A DNA stretch of 64,000 nucleotides, from assembly GCF_009914755.1 (NCBI RefSeq), contig NC_060934.1, one strand, 5' to 3'. The notes beneath the pieces were generated by a model, which saw nothing but the letters and a program-made list of their open reading frames with translations, had not been told where the DNA came from and searched no databases. Of the stretch, positions 47,400-61,849 are shown in pieces. This stretch comes from the human T2T-CHM13v2.0 reference genome, Homo sapiens. Made by a program: the position numbers and the translations under genes. Position 1 is the first letter of the stretch; each line of letters starts with the position of its first letter.

Positions 47400-47610
47400 A
47401 GTGACATGGAGTTAAGAGCAACAACTTAAGTCCCGGGTTTGAATCCTGTCTCTGCCACTTAGAAGCTATGAGATTGAAGGCAGATTCTCTGAGACTGCTT
47501 CCCACTTTATAAAGTGGGATCAGCCTCATGAGCGGCTGTAATGATTCCATGGAGAACGCAGGCAGAGCCCTTTGCACATCCTCTGGCACATGCTGAACAC
47601 ATGGTATCAT
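47400..47610 (+). mobile_element. MIR SINE
   Basis: ggagttaagagca...ccgggtttgaatcctgtctctgccactt...tctggcacatg. Confidence 0.7.
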
Positions 47611-47779
47611 CACTCACTTCTGTTACACAGTGCATCACAGGCAGCCCCCACTTTCCTCTCCCCAATATTTTATGCATGTATTCATCTTCCCCATAAGTCT
47701 GTATCTGGGGGAAATTTTCATGTTTTATTCCTCTTTGAAAATATAGTCAATTAGATGGCTAGAATTGGAATAATAATAA

Positions 47780-48170
47780 CAACAAACATGTATTGAATGC
47801 ATACAACATGCTATGCACAGTTCTAAGTCCTTCCAACAACTGTGTTGTGTAGGTACTATTATGCTTGCTTTGCAGTTGAGAGTATCATGGCATAGACAGA
47901 TTAAGTAACTCTCCTGAGTTCCTGCTACTGGCAAGCAGTGGATTCAGGAGTGGCTCCAGGAGGTCTGGATCCTGAGCCTGTGCCCATGATCTCTATTCCA
48001 TAAATATTCTGCTTGCCAATTCTCATTGCCATTTAAATGTTTCAAAGCAGTAGGAGCTTGAGGCTCCCACAGGGTGGGCCACTTGCTCTACGTCACACAG
48101 TTAATTTAGTAGTGGAGCTGGGGCTGAAACTGAGCTCCCTGGACTGCCAGCCCGGTGCTCCTGATACGAG
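47780..48170 (-). mobile_element. MIR relics
   Basis: gtaggtactattatgc...gattaagtaactctcc; gtcacacagttaatttagtagtggagctggggctgaaa. Confidence 0.6.
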
Positions 48171-49914
48171 GTGTGCCCTGTCATATGGTATGATGATTCA
48201 CTGGGAGAGAAGCTGTAGGAGGCTGACATTTTCCCAGCCTCATCTGTGTTTGCTGCCCACACATCAAGCCCTGAATGTCAAAGTCCCCCACGCTGCTATG
48301 CTGGAGGGGAGGAGGGAAGCCCACTCACTATTATTAAGCAATTAAAAATATGAGCAGAGCAAATGTGGGACAGTCCCACTTCTCTGACGTGTTGGGCAAC
48401 AAGGTAGCTGGCTGTGTCCCACTCACACACAGAGATATTTAAGGGACTAAATGAAAAATAGCTCGTCTTGGCTCCCAGGGAAAGTGGTTTTGAGTACTGT
48501 AGATCATCACTGTCCCAGCTCTGCAACCCAAACGGCCAAACGGTCTGGGGGACAGTGGAGGAGTGGGGATGAAGGAGTGGTCCATGGCCTCTGAAGCACC
48601 ATGGTTATATCACAAAAGTGGGGTGAGATCTGACAGCTTTCTCTGGGTCCATGGGTCTGTCTCTAAGCTGATGTGTTCCTCATTCTTCTCCCCTACAGAA
48701 ATAAAAAAAAGTTACATGTCAGGTTGGACCCAAATCATTGCTATTTTTAATCTGTACCTATGGATGGGTACAAGATTTAATCTGTTACAGGAAGAAACAG
48801 GAACTGAGTTTGGTTGGTGAAAAGGCCTCCTTGGTGTCAGATCTGGGGTTCCTGCTGGAATCTGAACTCAGGTATTTAAAAGCAGGACCAGAGGATGGAC
48901 TCCATGATTCTTTCCTATTCTCCTCCCAGACACCTTATCTGGAATATCCAATTAATAACCACATGTTTTTGTTCATTCCTTTAAAATCTCTCTGACATCG
49001 ATCCTAACCTTTGCTCTCCGTGTATCTGTGGGTGCACAGTAATCCTGTGGGCTGAGAGTAAAACTAGATGCCTTGATGGGTCATGGAATGGCATCAAAGA
49101 GGGTTCACCTACTCTGTGCCATAGAAGGCAGGATTGGAAATAAATCATTTGCATTGCTCCACATTGCCTGACACACAGAAGTTTTCAACACGTATTTACT
49201 GAATGAATGAGATGTGGGAGATAGGAGTTTGTTGGAAGTCCCTTGCTTTTTGCTACCCACAATTAACTTGATTTCAACTTAACAAATATCACCAAAACAT
49301 TAGCTTGAATATGGCTTGTTGATATAAAAATTAAACAGTCTAAGTAGAAAATTACTTGTATTGGTGCATGCATGCACACACGTGTGCACACACACACGTG
49401 GTACACAGAGTACACCACTGCCATCTGGGATGACGGCAGAAAATGTCAAGCTTAAGTTCGGCAGTGTTAGGGTTGGGACAGGAAGGAGGAATAAGTCTTC
49501 TGAAACACTAAGAACTGTGTGCCTAGTAGGGCCCCTGCATGCAGAGAGGATGAGTGATTGGCTATGCAGACAGACAGGAGAGCAAGGGCTCCCCATGTGC
49601 ATGGGGAGTTTGACCAATGAGACCAACTGTCCATGTTCCTATATCAGGATACAACTAAATCCATGGGAACGTGAATTTCAGCCAACTATTCAAGATGGAG
49701 CATCTTGGAATTCCAAGAAGAGCTCACTCTCTGCTGGTCATCTGGCTCTGAGCCCCTAAAGCTACTTGGAGCAGTCCAGATCCACTTTGCTTTAGGGTTG
49801 GTTGCTTCTATCTTTGTAACTCTAAAGGAGCTAGAAAGATTCTGTGTCTTTTCCTCTCTCCCTTTCCAGGTAAATAGAGGCGGGGAGAACAAGGAAAACA
49901 CAGCATCATTTTTT

Positions 49915-51018
49915 TAACCTTTAATTTTAAACTAATTTTAGACTTACAGAAAAAATTACAAAAATAGTAGAGTTTTCCTGTACTCTTGTAGTTTTTTTTT
50001 TAAAATCAACAACTTTCATAGTCGTAGAACAATTATCACAACTAAGAAATTAACATTGGTATAATACTGTTAACTAAACTATAGACTTTGAATGTTGTTT
50101 TTTTTACTAATGTTCTTTCTTTTTTTATTCCCCAACTTTTATTTTAGAATCAGTGGTACATGTGCAGGTTTGTTACAAAGGTATATTGTGTGATGCTCAA
50201 GTTTGGAGTACAAATGAATTTTTTATCCAGGTACTGATCATAGAACCTGATAAAGCAGTTTTTCAATCCTTGCCCCCCTCCTTCCTTCCCCCTTTTTGTA
50301 TCCCTCAGTGTCTATTGTTCCTGTCTTATGTCCATGTGTACCCAATATTTAACTCCCACTTGTAAGTGAGAACATGCAGTATTTGGTTTTCTGTTTCTGT
50401 GCTAGTTCGCTTAGCATGATGACCTCTAGCTGCATCCATGTTGGTGCAAAAGACATAATTTCATTCTTTTTTTATAGCTGTGTAGTATTCCATGGTATAT
50501 ATGTCCCACATTTTCTTTATCCAACCCACTGTTGGATAAAGGCACCTGGGTCAATTCCATGTCTTAGCTATTGTGAATAGTGCTATGATGAAGATATGGG
50601 TGCAAGTGACATTTTAGTAGGACTATTTATTTTCCTTTGGGTACATACCCAGTGATGGCATTGCTGGGTCAAATGGTAGTCCTGCTCTTAGTTCTTTGAG
50701 AAATCTGCAAACTGCTTTTCATAGTGGCTGAACTAATTTACATTCCCACTAACAGTATTAATATTCTTTCTCGGTTCCAGCACCCTATCCAGGGTCCCAT
50801 ATTATATTTAGTTGTTATTTCTCCATCTCCTGCAGTCTCTAACAATTCCTTAGTCTTTTCTTGTCTTTTATGACCATGACACTTTTAAAGACTATTGCAC
50901 TGAGAATACAACTTCACAGCTGTGGTATTTTTCCCCAAAAATGCATAACTTCAGTTCAGTCATGAGAAAACATCAGACAAACCCAAATAGAGGGACATTC
51001 AACAAAACGGCTGATCAA
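49915..51018 (-). mobile_element. L1MC (L1MC4-like) 3' end with an inverted 5' piece, interrupted by a younger L1
   Basis: aattttagacttacagaaaa...aagaaattaacattggtataatac; 50897-51018 is in the opposite orientation (catcagacaaacccaaatagagggacattc). Confidence 0.75.
50121..50756 (-). mobile_element. 5'-truncated old primate L1 (L1PA15/16 or L1PB-like)
   Basis: gtacatgtgcaggtttgttac...cccacttgtaagtgagaacatgc; 15-bp TSD actaatgttctttct (50106-50120) / attaatattctttct (50757-50771). Confidence 0.88.
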
Positions 51019-51567
51019 CCAACATTTTTTGAAGAAAACTCGAGCCTCTGCTTTTGTATTCTATTGTTCCTAAAATAGCTTGGGGAAAACTGCCTGCTGA
51101 GGTAGAAAATTAGGGTTTTAAAATGCAACCTCATGAGGGAGAAATGGTGCTTCTCTCTGGCCATGGAGACAGTCTTGAGCAAGCAGTTGAAGATGTGAAT
51201 TCTGATCTCAGCTCCCTCATGTCACACAGAGGGCTCCCCAATGTCTTCCTGTAAAATGGAATGACCCTTTCTTATGTCTCCCAAAGGATGGTCTAAGGAC
51301 CTGGTGATGCTGTGTGGAGGGGCTTAGTGATTCTCAAGGGGTGATGCTCATGGAGGGTCTTATCTCTCAACTCCACCAGCGATCCAACAAGATGAGAAGC
51401 TGGGAGACCCAGGCAAGCCAGAACCTTGTTGGTCAATCAACTCCCCATCACTCTTAATTAGCTGTCATCTTCATGAGAAACCAGGAAGGAGAGGAGAGAG
51501 AAAAAATGTTCCAGATTTCTACCCCAGCCTTTTCTAAAAGCCTAAAAGAAAAGATCTTGTAGAATTT

Positions 51568-51680
51568 CATTCAACAAGTATTTTTGACCACCCACTGTGT
51601 ACCAGGCACATTCAAGGGTTGGGCACCTGTGAGTGAAGGAATAGACTAAAATATCTGGCCCTTGGAGGTAATATGTTAGT
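51568..51680 (-). mobile_element. L2 3' end
   Basis: ttcattcaacaagtatttttgaccacccactgtgtaccaggcac. Confidence 0.7.
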
Positions 51681-51735
51681 GAAGGAGGCAGACAGTAAAC
51701 AAAATAAGTACATAAATTAAGTAAATATTTGAAGG

Positions 51736-51781
51736 TGATGAAATTCCATCTTTGAACTGATGAAATTCCATCTTTGAACTG
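51736..51781. repeat. Perfect 22-bp tandem duplication
   Basis: tgatgaaattccatctttgaac twice, followed by tg. Confidence 0.95.
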
Positions 51782-52579
51782 GTAAAAGTTGAAATGCTTT
51801 CTGATAAAATCCCTGCTGGGAGGCAGATGGTCTCTGCTGATGAATGGGGATGGTTACAAAATAACACATAGCATACATTAGGGGTGGGAGTATGGGTGTT
51901 GCCAAATGTCTCACCCACTTGAGCTTTCTCATTTTAAGTTTCAAATCAAACTCCTACTCTTTGTAATTAGACAATGCATATAGCAGTTCAAATGTCATTC
52001 CTTTGACCTGGGAAAATGCCTCTTAATCATTCCTTCTGGCCCCTAGCATCTCAGGGGAGAATGTGAAAGAGTAAAAACACATGGGAGTAATTCACCTTAG
52101 GAAGACTAATTGTGGGATAGTAACCACGAGGTGGATTGCACACATCATTTGGAGGATATTTGAATAAGTATGAAGAAAAGAGGGAAAAGATACACACCAG
52201 ACTGTTAATCTGTTAATATCGGAACCTCAGTCGTGAGAGTGCAGCGGTGGGGCATTGGGAGTGGAGTGGGCAGTTGGTGGGAATTCTTTGTCTACTTGTC
52301 TGCTATTGGCTTGTAGGAAGTAATGAGTATTGCTTTTCTAGTTGGAAAAAGAAAATCTAAGGAAGCATTTAAAGAAACAATAGGGGCGAATGAAAGATGA
52401 GGAAGATCTTCTAGGATTTCTAAATCCCTCAAATTTATATGTAGCTTTTCTTTAGATGTATGGGTTTATTTCTGGATTCTCAATTCTATTCCACTGGCAA
52501 GTATGTCTTTCCTTATACAAGTTCCATACTATTTTGATGACTGTACTTTTGTAGCAAGTTTTGAAATTGGAAAATGTGA

Positions 52580-52973
<394 letters not shown>

Positions 52974-53224
52974 GACATTTTCATTTCTGTAAAAAAGGCT
53001 GTTAGAATTTGGATAAGGATTGCATTTGTAGATCATTTTGGGTAGGTTATTCATCCATCCAGGCAAACACTATTCATTTTCTGTCTTTATGTGTCATCCT
53101 GTGCTAAAGGTCATGGGAGCAAGGGTCTATAAGGATGATTGAGATTTGATTTCTATTTCCAGGTAACTTTGTTTTTTAACAAACTTCTTTTTTTTTTTAA
53201 GTGGCTTTTCTGGTGTATTCTTTC

Positions 53225-53492
53225 TTTTTAATTGAGATGAAATTCACACGACATAAAATTAACCATTTAAAGTGAACAATTCACTGGCATTTAGTACATT
53301 CACAATGTTGTGTAAACACCGCCTACCTCTACCTACGTCTAAAACAGTTGCCTCATACCCTATGAAAGTAAAGTAAAGAAAGTAGTTACTCCCTATTCCT
53401 CCCTCCCCTAGCCCTTGGCAACCACCAATGTGCTTTCTGTTTCTATGGATTTACCTATTCTAGATATTTTGTATAAATGGAATCATACAATA
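53225..53492 (-). mobile_element. L1MB 3' end inside a captured segment
   Basis: aattgagatgaaattcaca...cataaaattaaccatttaaagtg...ggcaaccaccaat...aatggaatcatacaata. Confidence 0.85.
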
Positions 53493-53957
53493 AGCTACTG
53501 TGCCTGGCTGGCATTTTCATTTCTGTAAAAAAGCTGCTAGAATTTCGATAAGGATTGCATTTGTAGATCACTTCGAGTAGTATTGCCATCTTAACAATAG
53601 TAAGTTTTCCAGCTCATGAACATGAGGTATCTTAACACTTATTTAGGTCTTTCAACAATGTTTTGTGGTTTTCAGCATACAAGTTATTTGTCCTGGTTAG
53701 ATTTATTTGTAGGTATTTTATTCTTTTCATGCTATTGTAAATGAAATTGTTTTTCTTAATTCACTTTTCAGATTGTTTATTGCTGGTGTATCAAAGCACA
53801 ACTGATTTTTGTATCTTATACTTCGAAATTGTTGAATTGGTTTATTAGCTCTACTAGTTTATTTTGTGGATTCTCTGAGATTTCTTATATGTAAGATAAT
53901 GTCACCTGTGAATAGAACTAGGTTTACTTCTTCTTTTCCAATTTGGATACTTTTTTT

Positions 53958-56290
53958 AAAGATTCAAATTTATCTATTTATTTTAATTGACAAATAAAAA
54001 TTATATGTATTTATCGTGTACAACATGACATGTAAAAATATGTATGCAAGGTGGAATGGCTCAATTGAGCTAATTAGTGTATGCAGTACTACACAAACTT
54101 ATTTTTTTGTGGTAAGAACACCTAAAATTTACTCTCTTGGGAAGTTTCAAGGGTACATTGTTATTCATTATGGTCACCATGTTGTACAATAAATCTCTTG
54201 AACTTATTTCTCCCATCTAACTGACATTTTGTATGTTTTGACCAACATCTCCTCAATCCCTACCCCACAGCACCTGGTAGCTACCATTCTACTCTTTGCT
54301 TCTATGAGTTTAACTTTTTTATATTCTACGTGTAAGTGAGATTATGCCGTATTTGTCTTTCTGTGCCTGGCTTATTTCACTTAACATAATATCCTCCAGA
54401 TTCATTCATGTCATCACAAATGACAGGATTTTTTTCTTTTTAAAGGCTGAATAGTATTCCATCATGTATATATATACCACATTTTATGTATCCCTTGATG
54501 AACATGTAGGTTAATTCCATATCTTGGCTGTTGTGAATAATGCTGCAGTGAACATAGGAGTACAGATACCTCTTCAACATACTGATTTTATTTCCTTTGG
54601 CTATATACCTGGCGGTGGAGTGGTTGGATTCTAGAGTAATTCTATTTTTAATTTTTTGAGGAATCTCCATACTATTTTCCATAATATCTGTACTAATGTA
54701 CATTCTTACCAGCAGTATACGGAGGTTTTCTTTTCTCCGCATCCTTGCCAGCACTTGTTATCTTTTACCTTTTTGATATAATCATTCTAACAGGTATGAG
54801 GTGATATCATTGTGGTTTTAATTTGTATTTTGCTGATGCTATGGTCTGAATGTTCATGTGTGCCCCAACATTTATACGTTAGAATCTAAAACCGACTGTG
54901 ATAGTATTAAGAAGTGGGTTTTTTGGGAAATGAGTAAGTCATGAGGGCTTCACCCTCATGAATGGGATTAATGACCTCATAAAAGAGAATCAAAGGACCG
55001 CCCTTACCCCTTTCTTCATGTGAGCACACAGCCATTTTTGAAGCACAGAACAAGTCTTCATCAGACACAGAATTTGCTGGCACCTGGATTTTGGACTTTC
55101 CAGTCTTATGAACTGTGAGCCATACATTTCTGTTGTTTATAAATTATTCAGTCTAAGGTATTCTGTTACAGCAGTAGGAACAGACTGAGACATCTAATGA
55201 TTACTGAAGTTGAACATTTTTTCATATACCTGTTGACCATTCATATGTCTTATTTTGAGAAATGTCCATTTAGGTCCTTTGGCTCACTTTAAAATCAGTC
55301 ACTGGTTCTCTTACTATAGAGTTGTTTGAGTTTTTTATATGTTTGGGATATCAATTCCTTATCAGGTGTATGGTTTGCAAATACATTCTTCCAATTCGTG
55401 GGTTGTCTCATCACTCTGTTTATTATTTCCTTAGCTGTGCAGAAACTTTTTAGTTTGATGTAGTCTTGTCTATTTTTGCTTTTGTTGCCTGTGCTTTTAG
55501 GGTCATGTGTAAAATATAATTGCCCATGCTGATGTCATGAAATTCTACCTCTATGTTTTCATCTAGTAGTCTTACAGTTTCAAGTCTTATGATTAAGTCT
55601 TAATCCATTTTGAGTTAGTTTTTATATATGGTATAAGATAGGATCTAATTTCATTCTTCTGCATGTGGCTATGCTCTTGTGACAACACCACTTATTGAAA
55701 GGCCCGTCGTTTCCCCACTGTGTGTTCTTGGCAACTTTGTCAAAAATTAATTGACCATACATATGTGGATTTATTTCTGGATTATCTAATTCTGCTTCAA
55801 TTATCTATTTGTCAGTTTTTACACTAGTACTATGCTGTTTTGACTACTATAGCTTTGTAGTATATTTTGAAATCAGGTAGTGTGATGCCTCCAGCTTTGT
55901 TTATTGTGCTCAACATTGCTTTGGTTATTCAGGCTCTTTTGTGGTTCCATATACATTTTAGGACTTTTTTTTTCTATTCCTGTGAAGAATGTCATTGGTA
56001 TTTTGATATGAACTGCACTGAATCTGTAGATTGCTTTGGGTATTACAGTATGAACATTTTAACAATATTAATTCTTCCAATCCATGGACATAGGATATCT
56101 TTCCATTTATTTGTGTTTTCTTCAATTTCTTTCATCAATGTTTTATAGTTTTCAGTGAGTAATTCACTTCTTTGGTTAAATTTTTTCTTAGGTATTATAT
56201 GTTATTTTGTAACTATTATAAAGGGGATTGCCCTCTTGATTTATTTCTTGGAAAGTTCATTGTTAGTGTATAGAAATGCTATTGATGGTT
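53958..56290 (-). mobile_element. L1MA (about 2 kb, 5'-truncated) nested in the older L1M
   Basis: 3'UTR aattgacaaataaaaatt...ggtcaccatgttgtacaata, then ORF2 relic; the host L1 resumes at about 56291. Confidence 0.8.
54837..55192 (+). mobile_element. MaLR solo LTR (MLT1A/MSTD type) nested in the L1MA
   Basis: tgctatggtctgaatg...ccctcatgaatgggatta...cagactgagaca termini. Confidence 0.88.
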
Positions 56291-59200
56291 ATGCTTTATT
56301 TCTTTTATAATTGCTTTGTATAGAACTTCCAGTACAATATCGAATAACAGTAGTAAAAGTAGGAGTCTTTGTATTGTTCTTGATCTTAGGAGTAAAGATT
56401 TCAGTTTTTCGTAATGGAGTATGATGTTAGCTGTGGTTTTCTCATAAATGCCCTTTATTATGTGAGGAAGTTCTTTCTATTCCTACTTTTCTGTGAGTAT
56501 TTTCTTAAAAATCAAAAAATGTTAGATTTTGTCAACTACTTTTTCTGCATCAGTTAGGATGACTAAGTGGTTCAGCTTTTTGTTGTTGTTCTATTAATGT
56601 GTATTACATTGATTGATTTTCTTATGTTGAATCACCTTTGCATTCCTGGGATAAATCCCATTTGGTCATGGAATTTTTATAATTATTTAAATATGCTATT
56701 TGATTCAGTTTGATAGTATCTTAAAGATTTTTGCATCTATGTTCATAAGAGTTATTAGCCTATAGTTTTCTTGTGGTGTCTTTCTGACTTTGGTATAAGG
56801 GTAATGCTATCCTCATAGAATGAGTTAGAAAGTGGTCTCTCCTCTTGTATTTTCTATAGATGTTTGAGAAAGATTGCTGTTAATTCTTTTTTAAATGTTT
56901 GATTGAATTGACAAGCAAAGCCCATCTGGTCCTGAATTTTTCTTCTTGGGAGTTTTGTTTTATTTATTCCTTTAAAATTACTGATTCAATTTTTACAATT
57001 TTTACTTTTTATAGGTCTGATTAGATTCTATTTCTTCTGGAGTCAGTTTTGTCAATTTGTGTGTTTCTAAGAATTTGTACTTTATGTTAAGTTTATCTAA
57101 TTTTTTGGTATCAAATTGTTCACAGTATTTTTTTTTTTTATTTCCATGAGGTCTGTGGTAATGTCTTTACTTTCTATTTTCAGTTATTTGGGTCTTCTCT
57201 TCTTTCTTTTTAGTTGGTCTAGCTGAAAGATTGTCAATTTTGTTGATGTTTTCAAAAACCAATTTTTGGTTTTGCTGATTCTCTCTAATTTTTCTATTCT
57301 CTATGTTATTTATCTTAACTTTAATCTTTATTTACTTCTTTCTGGTTTGGGGTTTAGTATTGCCTTCTTTTTCTAGTTACTTAAGATGTAAATTTAGGTT
57401 ATTGATTTGAGATGTTTCTTTTTTAATGTAAACACTTACAGCTATAAATTTCCTGTTGAGCACTGCTTAACTATATCCTGTAAGTTTGGGTAAGTTGTCT
57501 TTCCATTTTAATTTAACTCTAAGTGTTTTCTAATTTCTCTTGTTATTTCTTCTTTGGCCTATTGGTTAAGAGTATGTTGTTTTCCACGTATTTGTGAATT
57601 TTCCAGGTTTCTTTCTGTTATTCTAGCATCATTTCATTGTGGTTAGAAACAATATTTTGTATGATTTCAATCCTTATAAATTTATTGAGACTTGTTTTGT
57701 GGCGTAACATGTGGTCTATACTTGAGAATTTTCTATGTGCACTTGAGAAGATGATACATTTTGCTGTTGTTGAGGGAAGTGTTCTATCTGTGTCTATTCA
57801 GTCGAGCTCTTTGTAGTTTTGTTTAAGCCCCCTATTTTCTTATTGATTTTATGTCTAGCTGTTCCATTCACTACTGAAAATGGTATATTGATGTCTCCTA
57901 CTATTATTGTAGGATTGTCTATTTTTTCTTCTCATTCTGTCAATGCTTGGTCATGTATTTTGGAGCTCTGTTGTTTGGTGTGTATATGTTTATAATTGCT
58001 ACATATTCTTGACGCATCGACTCCTTTGTCAATATATAATGTCCTTCTTTGTCTCTTGTAATAGTTTTTGACTTAAAGTCTATTTTGTTAGATATTAGTA
58101 TAACCTCCTTAACTTTCTTTTGGTTACTATTTGCTTAAAATATTATTTTTCCATCCTTTCACTTTCAAGCTATTTGTGTCTTTGAATCTAAAGTGAGTCA
58201 CTTGTAGACAGCATATAGTTGGATTTTTAAAAAAAATCTATTTGGTCAATCTCTGCCTTTTGATTATAGAATTTAATCCATTTATATTTAAAGTAATTAA
58301 TTACAAGGGAGGACCTACTTCTGCCAATTTGCTATTTTTCTGTATGTCTTATGTCTTTGTGGTTCCTCATTTTCTTTATTACTGTCTTCTTTTGTGTTTA
58401 ATTGATTCTTTACACTGTAACATTTTGATCCCCTTCACATTTCCTTTTGTGTATTTTTAAAAAGATATTTTCTTAGTGATTATCAGAGAATTATGATTAA
58501 CATTATACACTTATAAAAATATAGTAACAGTATAGTTAAAATTGATATCAACTTAGCTTCAATAGAATACAAAATCTCTGCTTCTAAGCATCTCTGTCCC
58601 CACCTTATGTTGTTGTTGTCACTACATACATTTTTTATTCATTACATTCATTTGGAGTGTTCAATAATGTAGATTTATAATTATTGTTTTATGCATTTGT
58701 CTTTTAAATTATGTGGGAAATAAAAAGAGGAGTTATAAACCAAAATCCAGTATATTGGCTTTTATATTTACTTTCTAGTTAACTTTTCTGGAGTTCCTTA
58801 CCTTTTCATATTGCTTTGAGTTACTGTCTAGTGCGCTTTCATTTAAGCCTCAAGATCTACCTTCATCATTTCTTAAAGGGCAACTCTGCTAGCAACAAAC
58901 CCTCTCAGATTTTGGTTTTCAGAGAATGCCTTAATTTTTCTTTTCTGGATATAGAATTCTTGGTTGATAGGGGATTTTTTTTTTCCTTTCAGCATTTAAA
59001 AAAAGTTATTTCTTTCCCTTCTGATCTCCCTAGCTTCTAATAAGAAATTAGCTGTTAATTCTACTGAGGATATATTGTACATGATGAGTCACTTTTCTCT
59101 TTCTGCTTTTAAGATTCTCTCTTTGTCTTTGGCAATTTGATTATAGTGTATCTTAGTGGGAATCTCTTTGCATTTATCCTTCTTTGATTCACTGTGCTTC

Positions 59201-60695
59201 TTAAACATGTAGATTTTTGTCTTTTTACCGATTTTGGAATGTTTTGGGATGTTATTTCCTTAAATATACTTTCAGCTGCCTTTTTTTCTCTTTTCTCCTG
59301 GAATTTCTATTTTGTGTATATTGTTGCACTTGAATGTTTCTCTTAGGCTCTGTTAATTTTTTTTCCAATTTTTTCTTGCTTTTTAAACTAGATAATTTCA
59401 AATGATCTGTCTTCAAGCTTGCTAATTCTTCCTTTTGCTTGCTGAAACCTGCTATTGAAAACTTCTAGTATGTTTTTTGTTTTAATTATTGCACTTTTCA
59501 GCTCCAGAATTTCTTTTTGGTTCCTTTTTATAATTTCTGTCTCTATTGATTTCTCTTTCATGTATTGTTCTCCTAGTTTCCTTTAGCTCTTTGTCTATTA
59601 ATTCCTTTAGCTCTTTGAGCATATTTAACACAGTTGCTTTAAAGTCTTTGTCTAATACGTTCAATGTCTTTGCCTCAGGGAAAGTTGCTGCTCATTTCTT
59701 CTGTAAGTGGGCCATACTTGTTTCCTTAAATGTCTCATAATTTTTAGTTAAAACTGGACAATTTGAATACTGTAATCTGGTAATTATGGAAATCACAATC
59801 TAGTTCTCCTTAGAATTTGTTTTTATTGCTTGTTGTAGGCTTTATCTATTTGTTCAGTGATTTTTCTAAACTATTTTTGTAAAGTTTGTATTCTTTGTCA
59901 TGCATGGTCTCTGAAGTCTTTGTTCCTTGCTTGCATTGAGCTAGTGTTTTGATGAAGATTTCCTTGAATGCCAGGAGCCAAAAGGCATGAAGGGAGGGGC
60001 AAGAGAGAAGGAGAGAAAGGGCATGAGGGAGAGACAGGGAGCGGGAGAGAAGAGAAAAGCAAAGAAATAAAAAATAAAAAATATCTCTCCTATTCTTGGC
60101 AGATTGTTTCTGTACTAGGACATTCCTTCAATGCTTAGTCAGGCCATTTAAAATTTTACATTAGCCTTAAGTACTTGCCTGCACTGATCTTAAGAGATTG
60201 GCCAGAAGTACAAACTTAGGGTCTTCTCAGGCTTTTTCTGAGCATGAGTTTTACTCTGGGAACGTGTGTGGTTTTCTTAAATACCCAATACGCATGGAGC
60301 TTTTGAATGTCCTAATTTCCCAGAGAAATGCTCTCCCCAGCTTTTCTTTCCAGGCTTTAGGCACTCTGTTGTATGCATCAACTGAAATATTTTGCCCCAG
60401 GTGGCTGCAGGTTCTTCATCTGTCTTACAATATTTCCAATAAATGATCACTGTCTTTTCCACCCTGAGTGAGTTCCAAATTAGGCTAAACAAAGACAAGC
60501 ACCTTGCTTCAGTCCTTCATGTAGCTCCGAGACAGGATAGAAGAGACAAACACAGTTCTTTGTGAGTAAGGTCTGCTCTCCTCCCTCAGAACCAGGGACT
60601 AGGGCCCCATACCGGGAACACAGAACTAATGTCTTCAAGATCGCTGCCAAGCTGGGGAGAGGGTGGAGCAAGCACAAGTAAAAAGTCACGAAGCT

Positions 60696-60946
60696 GGCTG
60701 GGTGCGGTGGCTCATGCCTGTAATCCTAGCACTTTGGGAGGCTGAGGCAGGCGCATCACCTGAGGTCAGGAGTTTGAGACCAGTATGGCCAACATGGCAA
60801 AACCCTGTCTCTACTAAAAATACAAAAATTAGCCAGGTGTGGTGGTATGTGCCTGTATTCCCACTACTCGGGAGGCTGAGGCAAGAGAATCGCTTGAACC
60901 CTTCAGCCTGGGCAACAGAGTGAGGCTCCGTCTCAAAAAAAAAAAA
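60696..60946 (+). mobile_element. AluS with an internal deletion of about 42 bp
   Basis: gaaccc joined directly to ttcagcctggg; TSD aaaagtcacgaagct / aaaaatcacaaaggct. Confidence 0.92.
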
Positions 60947-61129
60947 TCACAAAGGCTTTCTGCAACTTTAAAATTGCCTTTCTCTTTATTCCACATTTAC
61001 CTGATTGCTATAAAGTTTGGAGTGTTTTTCAACATTCTAACAAAATAACTCTGATGGTTTTTCCTTGATTTTTTTTATATTTCTGTAGAGGGATGAGCTC
61101 TTAGAGATACCTACTCCATCAGTTTTGCT

Positions 61130-61250
61130 TTTTAATAAATGTTTAAATTGAAGTATAACATGCATTCATAAAGGTATATAATTCATAAGTGTGTAGCTGT
61201 ATGAATTTCTGCATTTCATAACGCATACACACCTTTGTGACCACTCTCTA
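61130..61250 (-). mobile_element. Old L1M 3' end fragment
   Basis: aattgaagtataacatgcat...cataagtgtgtagct...cacacctttgtgaccact. Confidence 0.6.
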
Positions 61251-61849
61251 AATATTTTTATTTTTTAAAACATTTGTATCTCATCTCATTTCAAAAATTA
61301 CTTGTTGTGACTTATAAAAATGCATATTATGCCAATAAGAGAAAAAATATTTTAAGTGAGGAAAGTAGGGGTAGGAGGAGAGAAGTAATAAAAGTAAAAA
61401 GAAAAACCAGTTTTCTATTTTTGTTACATGGCAATTGCATGGCAGAATGTCTTGCACACTTTGCTAAAAGTGGGATAGAAATTTATCCCTAACTTTCCTA
61501 GCTGCTAACGCAAAAAGGAAAATCTCATCAGTTTTAGGTTTTTGTAATTCTGAAGATAAAAAAGAAACTAATTGCTCAATAGACATGCAGCTATATCAGG
61601 TACTGAGGCTGGAAAGAATTTCTCCTGTTCTTACTATAAAGAAGGCCTTATTGACGTTAGTGGGAGATGTGACTTTTAACTTCTCCTGTAGCAGATAAAT
61701 CCCACAGCAGAGTCCAGGTCTTCCTATCTGCGTATATCATGGGATGCCACTGCCACAGTGATCCAAATGAAGAGTAGTGACAGCAAGTCTAAGAGTGGCT
61801 GAAGCACTGCTACTTGAGTGGGTCAGGGAGAGGGCTATGAAAATAAGGG

